DNA from: Cenococcum geophilum
Lineage: Eukaryota
Direction of reading: 5' to 3'
Assembly (NCBI GenBank): GCA_050273025.1
Contig: CP158636.1
Span: forward strand, 8,432,001 to 8,496,000
DNA length: 64,000 nt
In this document: piece by piece, positions 26,731-39,228 of the stretch
Layout of the letters: every line of letters starts with the position of its first letter
How positions within the stretch are numbered: the first letter of the stretch is position 1
The notes under the pieces: generated by a model
Database searches by the model: none
What the model was told of the DNA's origin: nothing
What the model saw: the letters and a program-made list of their open reading frames with translations, nothing else
Position numbers and translations under genes: made by a program

Positions 26731-28289
26731 ATGACGGAAGCCAAGTTCGAACTTACCGAAAATTGGAAAACTTTCGAGGCTGCTGCCAAGAAGCTGTTCC
26801 AGTTTTCCAATGATATCAACGAGCTCGACAAACTCAACCAGAGGATCAAAGATTTGGAAGGAGAACTCAAAGAGAGAGACATTGAGATCGATAAGAGAGA
26901 AACAGTAGAACAAGCACTTATTGACAAATTCGAAAAGAGTGCTTCGAAATGGACCAAGGAAAGAGAGAGGCTCGAGGGTACTCTAAAGAGTGTCAAAGAA
27001 GCCCATGTAGCCCAAGACTTAATCCAAGTCAAAAACGCACTAAAGAAAGCTCAAGCACAGCAAGCCAGGGAGAAGGAATGGGAGAAAGAGAGAACTGAAA
27101 GTTCGGCGCTTATTTCCGGGTACAAAGAACAGCTCGAAAACTGCAGAGCAGAATTAGATAGAATGAAGCAGGCAATAGGGCTTCAAGAGATGAATGATAA
27201 TCTGTAAGTAAGATGATGCTTGATATTAAGTTGCAATACTCACATCTTGCAGGCCCGATGACCTGGAGAGACTGGCGGCCGATCTACACAAGCTGGCCAT
27301 GAAATACTGTGGCATGCAACTTCCCGACGATTGCCCTGTGGTAAGTGGGTGTGTGGCACCAACATCTCAAAGCTAACAGAATGTAGGATGCTCTTTTTAT
27401 TGCACTTCAAAACTCTGGTTTTCTTGGTGTCTTCCCACGTGCTATTCCCATCTCCAATTCCGGAGAATCAGCCTTGCTCCGTGCTGCCGCATTGGAGGCT
27501 TTCATTGCCAAGAGATTGGCTGAAAAAATGTTCCGGAGCTTGTACCCGTGGTCAAACCCATCGACCTTGGAGCCTAATATCTTAGAATGGATAGGCGACG
27601 ATTTCCTGGAGACCGATCCTCGGAAGGAAGCTATATTCCGATCAATAATTGTCTCATCAGACATCAAGGACGGCGACAACCGCAAGAAGGCCATTATGGA
27701 TATGATACTGGACGAATCTGCTGCTGTGTGTGCTCCCCTGCTCACAATGCCGCTCCGCGAACGCCAGGCCAGCTTCCGAATGGATCTCGCTAAATTCCTA
27801 AGTAATGCTGCGGAAGTGTGGAACGATGCTCAGAGAAGTCATACCAGAATTACAGCCGCATCCGAGGCCGAAGACGAGGATGGCATGTGGGAGCCCCGAA
27901 TGGAGCACGACCTAAGCGATTCAGCTGTAAGCGAAATCCAACAAGAAGGTCTCGGAGCAGCTATAAAGATACTGTTCCCTACAATCTATCAGTTTGTAGG
28001 CGATGAGTCTGCTGTACTTCACAATGGATACACACTTTGGTCGCACCAACAATTGTACATTGCCGGAACCAAGGAATTTCAGCTGCAGTCCACTCGGGTG
28101 AACAACCGAGATGGGGACATGACGAGTAGCGCCATGAAGCGAAGGTCAAGCGTTAGCCAGCATTCGAAAGGATCTCTACATCACCGAACCGGGAGCAATA
28201 CAAGCCCACCATTCACTCCAAGGAGTGTAAGCCGGTCAAGAATGAGCATGAGAGGGAATGAAACTCCAAAAAGCACTGGGGCCAACTAG
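26731..28289 (+). CDS. Hypothetical protein with N-terminal coiled coil (~487 aa; exons 26731-27203, 27253-27340, 27387-28289)
   Basis: Two GTAAGT...AG introns join ORFs 26731.. and 27474.. in frame; E/K/L heptad-rich N-terminus; S/R-rich disordered tail. Confidence 0.8.
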
Positions 28290-29077
28290 CCTCCTCGACT
28301 TAATGGCAAGGAGGAAGATCCGAAGAGCGAAAAGTTCTGGCGATTAAGAAGAGTTTGTGAATGTGTTTTTGGGCGGGAGCTAATCGAACACGCAATAATG
28401 TATTTCTCCTAGGCCATGAGTTTTCTTTTCTTTCAGAGGAGTATTTGTAGTTGGTATCAATGAAGCATTTATATATATAAGCAAGTGAATTTTACCCTCA
28501 TTCGTTTCTTTGTTTTAGAAGAAGTTACATGTGGAAAATTCTGACGGCATGGTAACTGCAAATACGCTCAAGAAGCTTACATGGATAATCTATAATCATT
28601 TCTAACCCTAGCTCCGCCGCAACCTGGAGAAACGATCGGTTTTTGTGATACTTTGAATCCTCAATTTTCGCGATGATAGAAACCTTGGTTGCCGTTACGC
28701 TACGCCGTGCGACCCGTGTCATAGCTGAAAAATAGTTAATACAGCAATCTGGTGGCCACGTAGGTTAGCGAGCTGCAAAGAATGAGGACTCGTCAATGAT
28801 CACCCCACAAACCGGGGTTCGCATCAGGAGTTCGAGCGCCACTTTACCCTACTCACAGAAAGCCTAACATATAACCAACCACGTGCCACCAGGCCACCGT
28901 TGTTCGGCAGGCGGGTAAGGTGGGTCGTTAAATAGTGCCACACCACCGCTTTCAAGGTCGCTCATTCGTTTAACTTCCTCTGTCCACGTAGTGTGCCGCA
29001 AACAACGCAACAAAGTCCTGATTTTGTTGAGCCGAACATCGTAGCACCATTCAATCCCCTTTGGCCGTCGATTACTC

Positions 29078-30321
29078 ATGATGCAGTACGCTACAGCTGA
29101 GAGGCGGAGAGTTTTCCTTGCGTACCGGGCTTTATTTGCCGGGGAGCGTGCTATGTTGCGGAAATCCAAGAAGGTTCGAGAGGTAGTAGAAAAGCACAAG
29201 TCCTCATTCCAGCCTTTAATCAAAGAGTTTGGAAACGATAAAATCATCAGCATTCTGAAAGAGTTGCTGGCGGGTAGAATATTCCAATCAGAGCTAAGAG
29301 CAAAAGTAGAATTTCCTGAGCTATTCCGGAGTTCTCCTGCTCGGGACGTGCAGCGAACGACATCAGAAAATGATGCAGCACGCTCAGAAGCCGAAGCCTT
29401 AGAGGAAATTGCATCACTTGAGGGTAAGGAGGACGACCAGGCCGAAAATCAAGCGGGAATTCCCGAGGACGATGCAGCTGTAGGTGCAACTGCTGTGGAA
29501 GTTATGGTTGGTAAGCACAGTTAGCTCGTCTTCCCTTCTGAAAGGCGACTCAAAAACACTCAGGTCTCTCCACGTTAGATAATCTTGCAACCAGCGCCGT
29601 GCCGTCCTTGTATCCCGTAAATTTTCCGTACAAGGCTCAGCACTTCATTCTTACAACGACCCAGCGTTTGCTTGAGGAATGCTGTTTTGACTTTACCACA
29701 ATGTGGCTGCCGTCCAAGCTTCGAGAGAATGGTTGGGATTGCCCTGAGGCTGTGGAGTTGACCAAATGGACGAAATTTTTGACAAAAAATTACGACCTAC
29801 TCCCAAAGGAGTCTGTGGATCTTGATAAAGACATTACGATAAAACAGGTTTTGCTCTCGACGCATAATCTGCGGCATTCTGCAGTCCATCGTCTTCCTAC
29901 TAGTGCTCGCGGTATCAATCAAATGGTCATATCGGCAGCGAGATTAGCAAAAACCCTGCGTGACCCACTACGTACTGCACAGCTAGAGGAATTAAATCAC
30001 GAAGTTGAGGGCAGGATCAAAGATATGGAGCTTAATAAGAATTTCTTGGAAGATAAGCTTGACAAGGAGCTTCAAGATATTCGCAGAAAACGTGAGGAAC
30101 TAAATGTCAAAGAAAAAGAGCTTATTTCATCAACGTTGAAAGAAGATCAGGAAAACAAATCTCTTATAGGGGTGTTAGTCCAAGAATCACTTAGGGAAAT
30201 TCTTTGTGACAAGATTGGACCGAAGGAGGACCAGATTGATACTGGGCAGAAAGACGACAACGAAGATGAAAATGGTACCCCAGAAATCTCAGACTCTGCA
30301 AGCTACACTGCGGTTGAATAA
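29078..30321 (+). CDS. Hypothetical protein with HEPN-like RxxxxH motif and C-terminal coiled coil (exons 29078-29510, 29564-30321)
   Basis: GTAAGC intron 29511-29563 joins the two track ORFs in frame (alternative in-frame acceptor at 29578); motifs QRLLEECC, CPEAVEL..W, LRHSAVHR. Confidence 0.8.
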
Positions 30322-31268
30322 ATGGAAACTGATGAAAAAGAAGAACAACGACACCAGATATCCTACGTTATTAGTAAGTGGAGACTGATAGTAGTAGTTC
30401 CGAGGGAGACTGTATATGCCTAAGAGGGCAAGAAAATGAGCTTGGATAATTCAATTGGAAAGCGACCTAAGAGTGTTACATTACGACCGCTACATTTTAA
30501 CTATTGTGCGTATCAAATCACTTTAGAAGTCTTAATCTTGACCTTTAGATCCAAAGAGTGTTAAAAATCCATGGAAGGAACTCTATAGAGCCAGCTTTTA
30601 TGGAGATTGTCCGGAGTCTACAGAAGGCCCCATAGTTTCCCCATCATTCAGCCATATACACTATTTAAATGTCCTATGTTACTACCTAATGGAATTGGTG
30701 CCATAGAATGTACTATATCAATGTATCAGATACGCTTTGATAGCAATGCACGACAAATGCTTGCAATCAGTAAACTATTGGGTAGAAGTTACATCACGAT
30801 GCAATGTGAAGAGGACAGTGGCGTGTAGGAGACTCCATAAGGTGGAGTCGTCGCTCCGAATAGATCTATATACTAGAACGCCATCACATGATCGCAGGAA
30901 GCTCCTGTGAATGTCGCCTGCAGCACTCGGTGGATAAATTTGGGGTCACATCAAAGGGCCGATAACGCCAAGGCCATATTAAGATATCTTCTATCAAGAC
31001 CACTTAACACTAATAATCCCTTTAAAAAAGAAGAGGGAATTCACCCCTGTGCTAGAGGTTAGAATCAATCGTCCTCAGGCTACGACGCTAGTCTACTATT
31101 GATGGCAGGATTTGGGTTTAGTGTCGGAAGCTGGAAGAGCTGCTCTACCAACCACTAGGTGCCATACCGATGCTAAAACAAAAGACCATGCTTTCAAATA
31201 GGTTCCAAGATATCTCTCGCCGCTTTACCGTCATCGCCCCTAAGCGTGAAGCACTGGACATCCTTGTC

Positions 31269-32459
31269 TTATTCTGAGTTAAATCTGTGAGTTTCGTCAG
31301 ACACTTCTGGCTCCTGTTCACATCCTGGAACTATAGCCCTGGCTTTTTTGAAGCGCGGAGATTTTGTGTATTCCCCAAGGACAGGAAAATAATAAACTCC
31401 ATGGATCTCATTTAAGTCTGCTCCGAGGATGTTGATAAGCGGGTGGGGGGGATATGGAGGCTGAATATACAGCCGGCGATGACCGACGAAGCACCAAATA
31501 GGATCGTAGCTGACATGAAATCTGTCCGTTTTAGGGAGACTCCAGGTAAAATTTGTGTACGGGTTCCGAAGTACGGCGGCGGATCCCGGGTCTTGTATCA
31601 CTTGTTTCCAGTCAGCAGCGCTGTATTCGTACGTACGTGATTGAAACGGCCTTATGGTGATTACACCAGGGTCTCTACCGTGGAGCTCGCAAAGATTAAT
31701 CCATAACTTGCAGCGAAGGTTAGCGGTTGCGCTTGGTTAATACGACCGTTAGTTCACTTACATCCCACGAGGCGCAAGAAACCGGTGTTCCTATGTCGGC
31801 GCACCAAATAGCCTGGTGTAAAGGCTGCACATACTTTCCCTTTTCGTCAAGGTTGGCGTCGGTCCTCTTCCATGGATGCTTCACTTTATCGTTGCTCATG
31901 TCTGCGTGGACAGGTGCAGATACTGCCAGACGTCTTCCGGGCATCACCCAGCAGGCGGGTAATATCTGCTCCTCGAAGGCTTTGCGTGGCTCAAATGGGA
32001 CTGGCACCCCAGGTGTCACCTCTAGAGCCTTCATCGCCTTCTTTCGCTCGTCCCAGTTGAAGCCGCTCAGTAGCACATTTGTGACCGGGTATTCACCAGA
32101 AGACAACGCTAACGCATCAAGCACATCTGTTAGTGTCGACTCAACCGGGTCGATAGGAGGAGTCGAAGGGGAGTGGGTGCGAGGACGGGCCGTATGGAGA
32201 AATGGTGGTGTCGAGAAGACGAGTCGCTGAGTACAGGGTTAGTCTGATAGGGCAGCTACAGCAGAGAGAGGCTCACAGATGGCTCTAAAGATCGAGCAGA
32301 TGCGTTAAATGCCCGGTGCTTCACGCGGTGAGTGGTGAAAGGCGGGACCTATTCAAGGTCAACTTGAATCCATGACCAAAAGAGGTAGGTTTGATCACTC
32401 ACTCTTAACCGTTGCACATGTTTCAAAAATGGAGGCTGACGATTCATAGCAATCGACAT
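31269..32459 (-). CDS. Hypothetical protein, 4 exons (about 32459-32403, 32348-32277, 32226-31761, 31706-31269)
   Basis: GTGAGT/GTGAGC/GTAAGT donors with CTAAC branch sites join ORFs 31720.. and 31269.. in frame. Third intron needs an AAG acceptor. Arg-rich, acid-poor N-terminus is compatible with a mitochondrial presequence. Confidence 0.6.
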
Positions 32460-32882
32460 TGCCAACAGCCGGGAAGGAGTACCTTTAAATAGAAATTTGG
32501 TGGACGGTGATGAAAAGACTGATGGAGAGTAGTAGCGTGATGAGGGGAGCAAAGGTCTGTGGGGCGGAAAGCGGTCGTTTTTGGTTTCAACTCTTTAAAC
32601 TTTAGTCGCAACTTTGAAGCAGGTGTTTATTCTGGCCCTTTTAAGAATAGAATGTCAGGTTCGGATCTCTCTAAGCGTCTCAGGACAAACGATGATGCTT
32701 CCCTGTAATAGGTCGCCCTCACCTACAGCTATGTTTGCGTTAGCGGAGAGATACCTCACTCTGTATCCACATTCTCTACACACATCTCCGCTTCATCGAG
32801 CTGTACACGCACAAGAGAGACATTATTAGCTTCAAATATCATAGAAATATACTCTGCTACATCCACTGGGACAGCCTCCTAG

Positions 32883-33386
32883 ATGTCCCAAAGCACGAAA
32901 GCAGGCATCCCAGTGGGCGTACTGCTCGCCATGTTGACCACAAGCACCCCACTATACTGCTGCTGGCGGACCCGAAAAGACCTAAAGCCGCCAGACAAGC
33001 CAAAACCTGAGACAGAAGCAGCGCGGTCCTTCCTCAACCCCAGCACACGACCGGGCCACAAACACGAGCTAGAAGCCATCTCAGCCCGACCAACAGTGCC
33101 TGAGCTCGACGGCCTCGCCATCCCACGCCCGCCATACGAGCTCCCGGCCCAGGACCTCAGCAGCGCGTCGGTGACGCAGCAGCCGTACGCCGCATCTGCG
33201 GATCCCCCGCAGCGAGACCCAACACCCTCGCCCCGCACGCTTCCCCCGCTACCCCTGCCCTCCCCCCTTGCCCTCCCCGCTGCTCATCCTCCCCCCGCTC
33301 TCCTGCCCCCCCTCCACCTCGCTCGTCTCCCCCTCCGACTCTCTGCACTCCGCACCAGCGATGTCCCGGTATCCCGATTTTGCTGA
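32883..33386 (+). CDS. Small hypothetical ORF or remnant resembling the TM helix and cytoplasmic tail of a single-pass membrane protein
   Basis: KAGIPVGVLLAML followed by basic residues and ELEA/PELD/YELP motifs; 3' end is a low-complexity C-rich tract. May be a pseudogene. Confidence 0.35.
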   Translation: MSQSTKAGIPVGVLLAMLTTSTPLYCCWRTRKDLKPPDKPKPETEAARSFLNPSTRPGHKHELEAISARPTVPELDGLAIPRPPYELPAQDLSSASVTQQPYAASADPPQRDPTPSPRTLPPLPLPSPLALPAAHPPPALLPPLHLARLPLRLSALRTSDVPVSRFC

Positions 33387-34495
33387 TTAGTTCGACCTCT
33401 CGGTCTCTGAGATCGCGAGACGGTGCACGAATCCCGAGACGGTGGGGGCTGGATGTTGGATGTTGGATGCCGGATACCAGGGCGCTACTCCCCCCCTCAG
33501 ACCAGCTTGTCGCGGTAGAAGCCGTTAAGAAACGAGGACAAGGGATGGTGGTGGTGGGCGAGGCGAAGATGACACAGCTCAGGAGCTAAGGACTAACGAA
33601 GCCGGAGAACATTGGTTCGCTAGATTCGTTGGTTGGGAGGGTTTGGCTGGCGGTCTGGTAGTCTGGGATGTGGTGTGAGTTGAAGAGGGGTTAGAGAGGG
33701 GTATGGGCGGATACGGAGGGAATAGGGATTGAGGAATAGGGGCTGAGAGAGGGATGGAGGAGCTGGATTCCCTTACATCCCGCCCCCTGCGAAACCGATC
33801 GCTGTTATGTTCTTCTCTCTGAATTGGTCAGGTCGCGGCGGCAGATGATCTTATGTTTTGGCTCGTGGCTGAGTGATGAGTGTTGCAGCGTCAGCCCCAT
33901 TAGCGCTTCATGGATTACGTCGGTCGGGTCGTTGATCATACAGGTTTCATTTGCTGGGGTTGAGGAGGGCCGAGGGGAGAGTAGAGGCGGTTTCCACCGC
34001 TATCACGGAGATATTGCTTAGTTGTGCTTCGAGCTTGACCACAATGAAAGGGAGGAGCGTGGAAGGAGGAGTGCTCAGATAGCAAGTCAAGGCAAGGGAA
34101 TAGAGAAAATTACGGGAGCAAAATACTACGGGACTTCATATCAGAGAGTTAGCAATGATGGGCAACCCAGCACGTATATATAATTTCCTTTGCTTTGCTC
34201 AAAGTTGCTTCGCTTTGCTCTGCTAACGGACTGACGTTCGGTTCGTCTCCCCGCCTGCCGGATTACCATTTCTAGAATCCCGACCCTTTTCGCCAGACCC
34301 ATCACGGGAGCACGCGAGCTGGCATCAGGAACATAGAAGCAGAAAAAAAAAAGGGTATATAATCAAGCTGAACTATATGTACAAGTAATATGCCGATCGC
34401 GCTCATCTATCGCGCCACAACAATCCGACATATACTCCCGGATCACTGCTTTTTCCCTCCCTCATCAAACAGAGAAAGCAGAGGGGAAGGGTTTT

Positions 34496-36436
34496 CTATT
34501 GCTGCTGCTGCTTCACGGCAGGCGTGATCTCGCTGCTGGGCCTGTTTTCGACGTCCACCTCCTTGCTCCTGCGGATGCGGCTCCACTCCTCCTTATCGGC
34601 CTCCTCGTCGATCGCGTTGGCCGTGATCTCGGGCGTCTCTTCGTCCTCGATCTCCTCAGGCAGCATCAGGTTCAGGACCAGGGTCAGGAAGGCGGTGATG
34701 GCGAAGCCGGTCTCGAGGACGAGCACGATGGCGTTGTAGAAGCCCAGGAGGGCGTGGTTGTTGCCGCTGTAGGTGAAGACGTAGGTGAACCAACTGCGAT
34801 GAAGTTGTTAGCAAAAATAAGTGTTGGTGCGTTGGGTCTGAGGGGTAGTGGTGCTTACTTGGGGACGAGAGTCGCGCCGAACCCGAGACTGAAGCCGGCA
34901 GTCAGGATGAAACGCGTGCGGCGGGTGAAGGGGACAGTGGCCATGATGCGGATACCGGAGACGGCCACGGCACTGAAGAGGAAGGTCGTCATGCCGCCTA
35001 ACACGGCGCTGGGGATGGCCACCAGCGCGGCGGCGAATTTGGCGAAGATGCCCATGACGAGCAGCCAGAAGCAGCACGCGTAGCCGGCCTTGCGGTTGGC
35101 GCACCGGGTGAGCGCGATGACGCCGTTGTTCTGGGCGAAGGTGCTCATGGGGGTGATGGTGCAGAGGCCGGCGATGATGCCGTTCAGACCGTCAGCTAAC
35201 ACGCCGCCTTGGATGCGGGAGTCGAAGAGCTTGCCGTCGACTTCGAGACGGGAGACATCGCAGGTGGCGGTGATGTCACCGATGGCCTCCATGGCCAGCA
35301 CGACGTAGACGGCTAGTAGAGGGAGCACTATCGGCCCGTAGACGCTTAGCTTGAAGGTGTGAACCCAGATGAAAGAGGCGGCTGGCGAGGCGTCAATTCC
35401 AGAGCGATCGAAGTATCCGCAAGCAGCGGCAATGATACAGCCAACTAGGAGCCCAATGACGACTGCCGTGGACTTCATGATGGGGCTTCCGAATCGTTCG
35501 CAGATAATGATAGTGACGAAAACTGAGAATCCAAGACCAATGAACTCGGCACTTCCCCACGGAAGAGGGCGTGGCGCATAGATGGTTGGGCAGAGCTTGA
35601 AGATACCGGTGGTAGGGAAGGTAGAGCAGGTTCCACTACCTCCAGCCCAATCTTGGAAACCAGACTTGATGAGAGAAACGCCAATGAGAGTAACAGTAGG
35701 ACCGGTAACGAGTGGTGGGAAGAATTTCTTGAGGTACCTGGGCGAAGTGAATGACATGAGGACTTCAAGCAAGGCGCAGCAGCATGATGTGCCAATGATT
35801 GCTCCGTAACCGTCTGGGCAAGGGAGAGGGTTCCCATTAGCATCGGACGGGCAGAAACCGGTGGCGTACATCTGAGAGAGAGCACCAGTTGCGACTGGAA
35901 TAGTAGCAAATGATGTACCTACTACAGAAATAAGACCGGTACCGATGTAGTATGGGGTCTTGTAAATGTGGAATCGCGTGATCTGAATGGAGGATAGAAT
36001 ACCACAAACGATCAGAGAGGTCGATACCAGGTACTGAGACAACTCCGTTGGCAGATTGGCTGCACTGGCAAGGATGATGGGAGGAGTGATGACACCAGCC
36101 AACATAGACAATGCATGCTGGAAGCCAAGCAGAAGAGCCAGGAAGACAGGCATGCTATCATTCAATCCGAAGAAGGGAGCGGCTCTTCTTTCTTTCTTCA
36201 TGAAAGGGATATCGGGTCTGAATAAGAATCCATAGTCGTAGGTTCCAATGAGGCCATCCCTGAAGCAGTCAGCACGTGCTCACTTGTCAATTGAAGCTGC
36301 GCAAGAATATTGCCCGAATAGACTATTCTCAAAATGCTTACTTGGTAGTGAAGGCTTTCACAAAGCGGCGAAACTTGTCGGAAAACTTCTGCTTCCGGCT
36401 CATATCCGGGCCAATGCGGTCTGGAGAGTCATCCAT
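34496..36436 (-). CDS. uapC: Uric acid-xanthine permease, NAT/NCS2 family, UapA/UapC-like (exons 36436-36342, 36259-34859, 34793-34496)
   Basis: GLIGTYDYGFLFRP N-terminus, LGFQHALSM (QH motif), NAT signature FAQNNGVIALTRCANR, many TM helices, two GTAAGC...CAG introns in frame. uapA versus uapC orthology not resolved. Confidence 0.93.
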
Positions 36437-37161
36437 GGCTGGTGGTGTTGTTATAGTTGTCTGATCACTTTTGAGGGTTTGGTGGAACCTTTATGGACTC
36501 TCACGTCTTCATGCACGCTCGGCTATCGACAGAACCTTGAGCGTATCCGTGAAGGGCGATAGGATGATTGGCAGACGGTCCTGGATAACTGACAAGTCTG
36601 ATGTCGATGGGCTGAACTATCTCGGAGGTGGTCGCGAATCGGGTGAGTGTCTCCAAGGCTAATTAGTCGCGTGGTTGGCAGAATCAGAAAGATGGCAGTC
36701 TGCTTTTTTGCCTTGGCTTCGATATTGCGGGGGGCTGACGCAAAAGAACCGTAGATCGCCAGGAAGAAGGCGCTTGTTGTGGCGGGGATGATAGCTACAA
36801 ACTGTCTGGCTGCTTTATAGCTTGCGAGGGCTATCTTTGCCATCCCTCACGATGCACAATTTCTCATCTAAAAGCCGCAAATCTTCAGGCGTCGGCAGTC
36901 TTTGCAGGTCTGGAAGTGAACCTAGGTCCCTAAGCACTGTGGACAAGGTCTCCGTGTTGGAAGCGGCCGAAGCAGAGCATCTTCATCGTTATCCGCCGTG
37001 GCTATCGCCATGTTTCCACGGCGCTGGCTGGCTTATGTGGGAGTATCTGGGGCTTTTTTGGGCGTCGAGCAATGGGTTTTGCTAAAAGCTTGGGGCGAAA
37101 GGCGCTGATAAGCAAACCATAACCCCCATCATTGGCTGAACCGCCGTACCAGAAACGTGAC

Positions 37162-37175
37162 CCGGTGGGCTCCGA
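37162..37175. promoter_or_regulatory. Candidate UaY/Ppr1-type site CGG-N6-CCGA upstream of the purine permease
   Basis: ccgg-tgggct-ccga, ~730 bp upstream of the permease ATG; HGATAR sites nearby (e.g. TGATAA ~37105). Confidence 0.4.
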
Positions 37176-39228
37176 CAAGCTGTTCATCGGGAAAGGCTTG
37201 GGGCGGGGCCCAGCCCGGCCAAGTGCCGGGTAGATAGCCGCCCATTCCACGGACTTGTATCGTAAAGGGGGTAGCATCGATGCTTCTTGCCGTTCAAACT
37301 CCCACGAATGCGTCCAACCGCTCTGCGCTGGATTCCGGTGCGGTTGCAGTGTTCTATTCGTGCAACAGCTGAGTGTGACCTGGTGTCCACCTCAGTCCCT
37401 ACTCCCGAAGCTGATAGGAGAGCTTTGCCTCCCACGACGACAGCGTGCAACCGCAACTCGAAGTGAGAAGTCCTTTTTCCAGCGAAGCATGACAGCTTTG
37501 TCACGTTCAGTGCAGTTCATTTCAGTTCAGTTTAATGCCTCAGTGTCATCTGCTCGCATTGATCCGTCGTGTCGTGGCGATGGTCATCGAAGGGGAAACA
37601 GACACTGCCAAGACCTGAGGGGGTAAGATGGGAGAGAAGAGCGCGTTTGTGTATGTACATACACATGAAACGGCAAGAGAGCTATGAGGAATACCACCGA
37701 CAGACTTGCTTGCGAACAGGCCTTAAGTTCCCAACGAAACCGGAAGAGGGGCGCAGCGCTGATCTGAAGCAGATAGCTGCATCCTCAATCCTCCCGCCAT
37801 TCCGAGGCGAAACCACTCCTCGGGTCAATCATTTCGACCTCATTTAGACTGGCAGTCGATTTCCGAAGCAATGACGACTTTGCTGTGCGGACGATAGTCT
37901 GCAAGTGAGATTGACACGGTTGAGCCCGGCTTTTGAAAGCTTGCGCGCATTGGCCTTCGCGAACCAGCACACTGCAGCGGAATCTACGCGACGCTACGGT
38001 GGAGATTATCGAGCCATTAGAAATCAGAAGCATAACACACGCATACACGCATATGCGAGTAGGAGAGCCTGCCACAGCCACTGTTGGTCCTGCGACAGCT
38101 AGGGGAATAAGGCAGCAATATTCTAGAACAACCTGGGGTAGAGAATATTAGGCAATTAGGGTGATTAGGATGCTGATAGCTATAAGCTCGAGCATAGCTG
38201 CTGCAGGATGAGGTCAATCGTTTTGCTGTTGGGAAGACGGGCAGGAATGTCCCAAGACCCCAGAGCGGACGGAGATGGTTCCTCTGAAGGTGGTACAGTA
38301 CCAGAAGAGGAATACAAACAGTATCATGTGAAGAGAAGATAGAGGTAGACTTGCATGTGCCTTCAGATTGGGTTGGTTGAGAGATGTACATCAGTCCCAA
38401 ACTTCGTCTGTTGGTGGCTCTGCAGATTGTAGATGTAAGATACGTCCGTAGGAGACGCACCAGTATAGAACGAGCAACACGTGAGCATTTTTAGAGACTT
38501 CTCAACGTTTTTTTTTTGGGGGCTAAAGTGGCTCATGCAGCTCTCTCAGCCGAGGTCAGTCGCCGAAATGCGTATGGCGGAGGGGGATGATCGCAGAAAG
38601 CATCACCGCGACTCGTCCGTGTAGGGCTGAGACGGGGAAAGGTCCGCTTGGCTCTCGGACCAGCCAGCAAAAACGCCACGCATCTGACAAAACCAAGCCA
38701 TCAGCCGCGCAATGGACAAAAGTATCCAAGCATGTCTTTGCACAAAAAGGCTAGATGACATCTCCAGCACCCGTCTTCAACATGAACCGTGGCGGGGTTT
38801 GTCATTTTCGAGGCACGAAAGTCGCACGCGGCGGGCAGGCACCCCCCAGAGTTGAATATGCAAGGGCCCGATCCCGCTAAGCGAAATGCGTGGGGAATAG
38901 CTTCGCGGCTATGGTGTTGTTGGGCTCAACACTTCCTAACTAAGATGGCTTCACTGAGGCTTTCCATTTCGCCGCCGAGCAATAATTACTCTCCAAACGC
39001 CGCATGTCATCAACTCTTTTTTATCTCATCTCCCCTCCACATCCTCTCCATCTCCTGTCCCACCACCCACTTGTGACAGGCTGATCTAAATTTGTCCTTG
39101 AAGATCCGTAGGCCAACAAGAAACTCCGAAAGCATATATTCCGCTTCTCGGTGCCTCTTTCGCCCCTGCGGATCCTTTCGACCTTCCTTTATTTATTCCT
39201 CCCCATCCTTCAAAACCCATAACCCGCC

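Noticed and set aside
36523..39076. ORFs in the permease-OLE1 intergenic region
   Set aside because: Short, overlapping, mostly non-ATG starts, with no recognisable motif or splice-supported structure.
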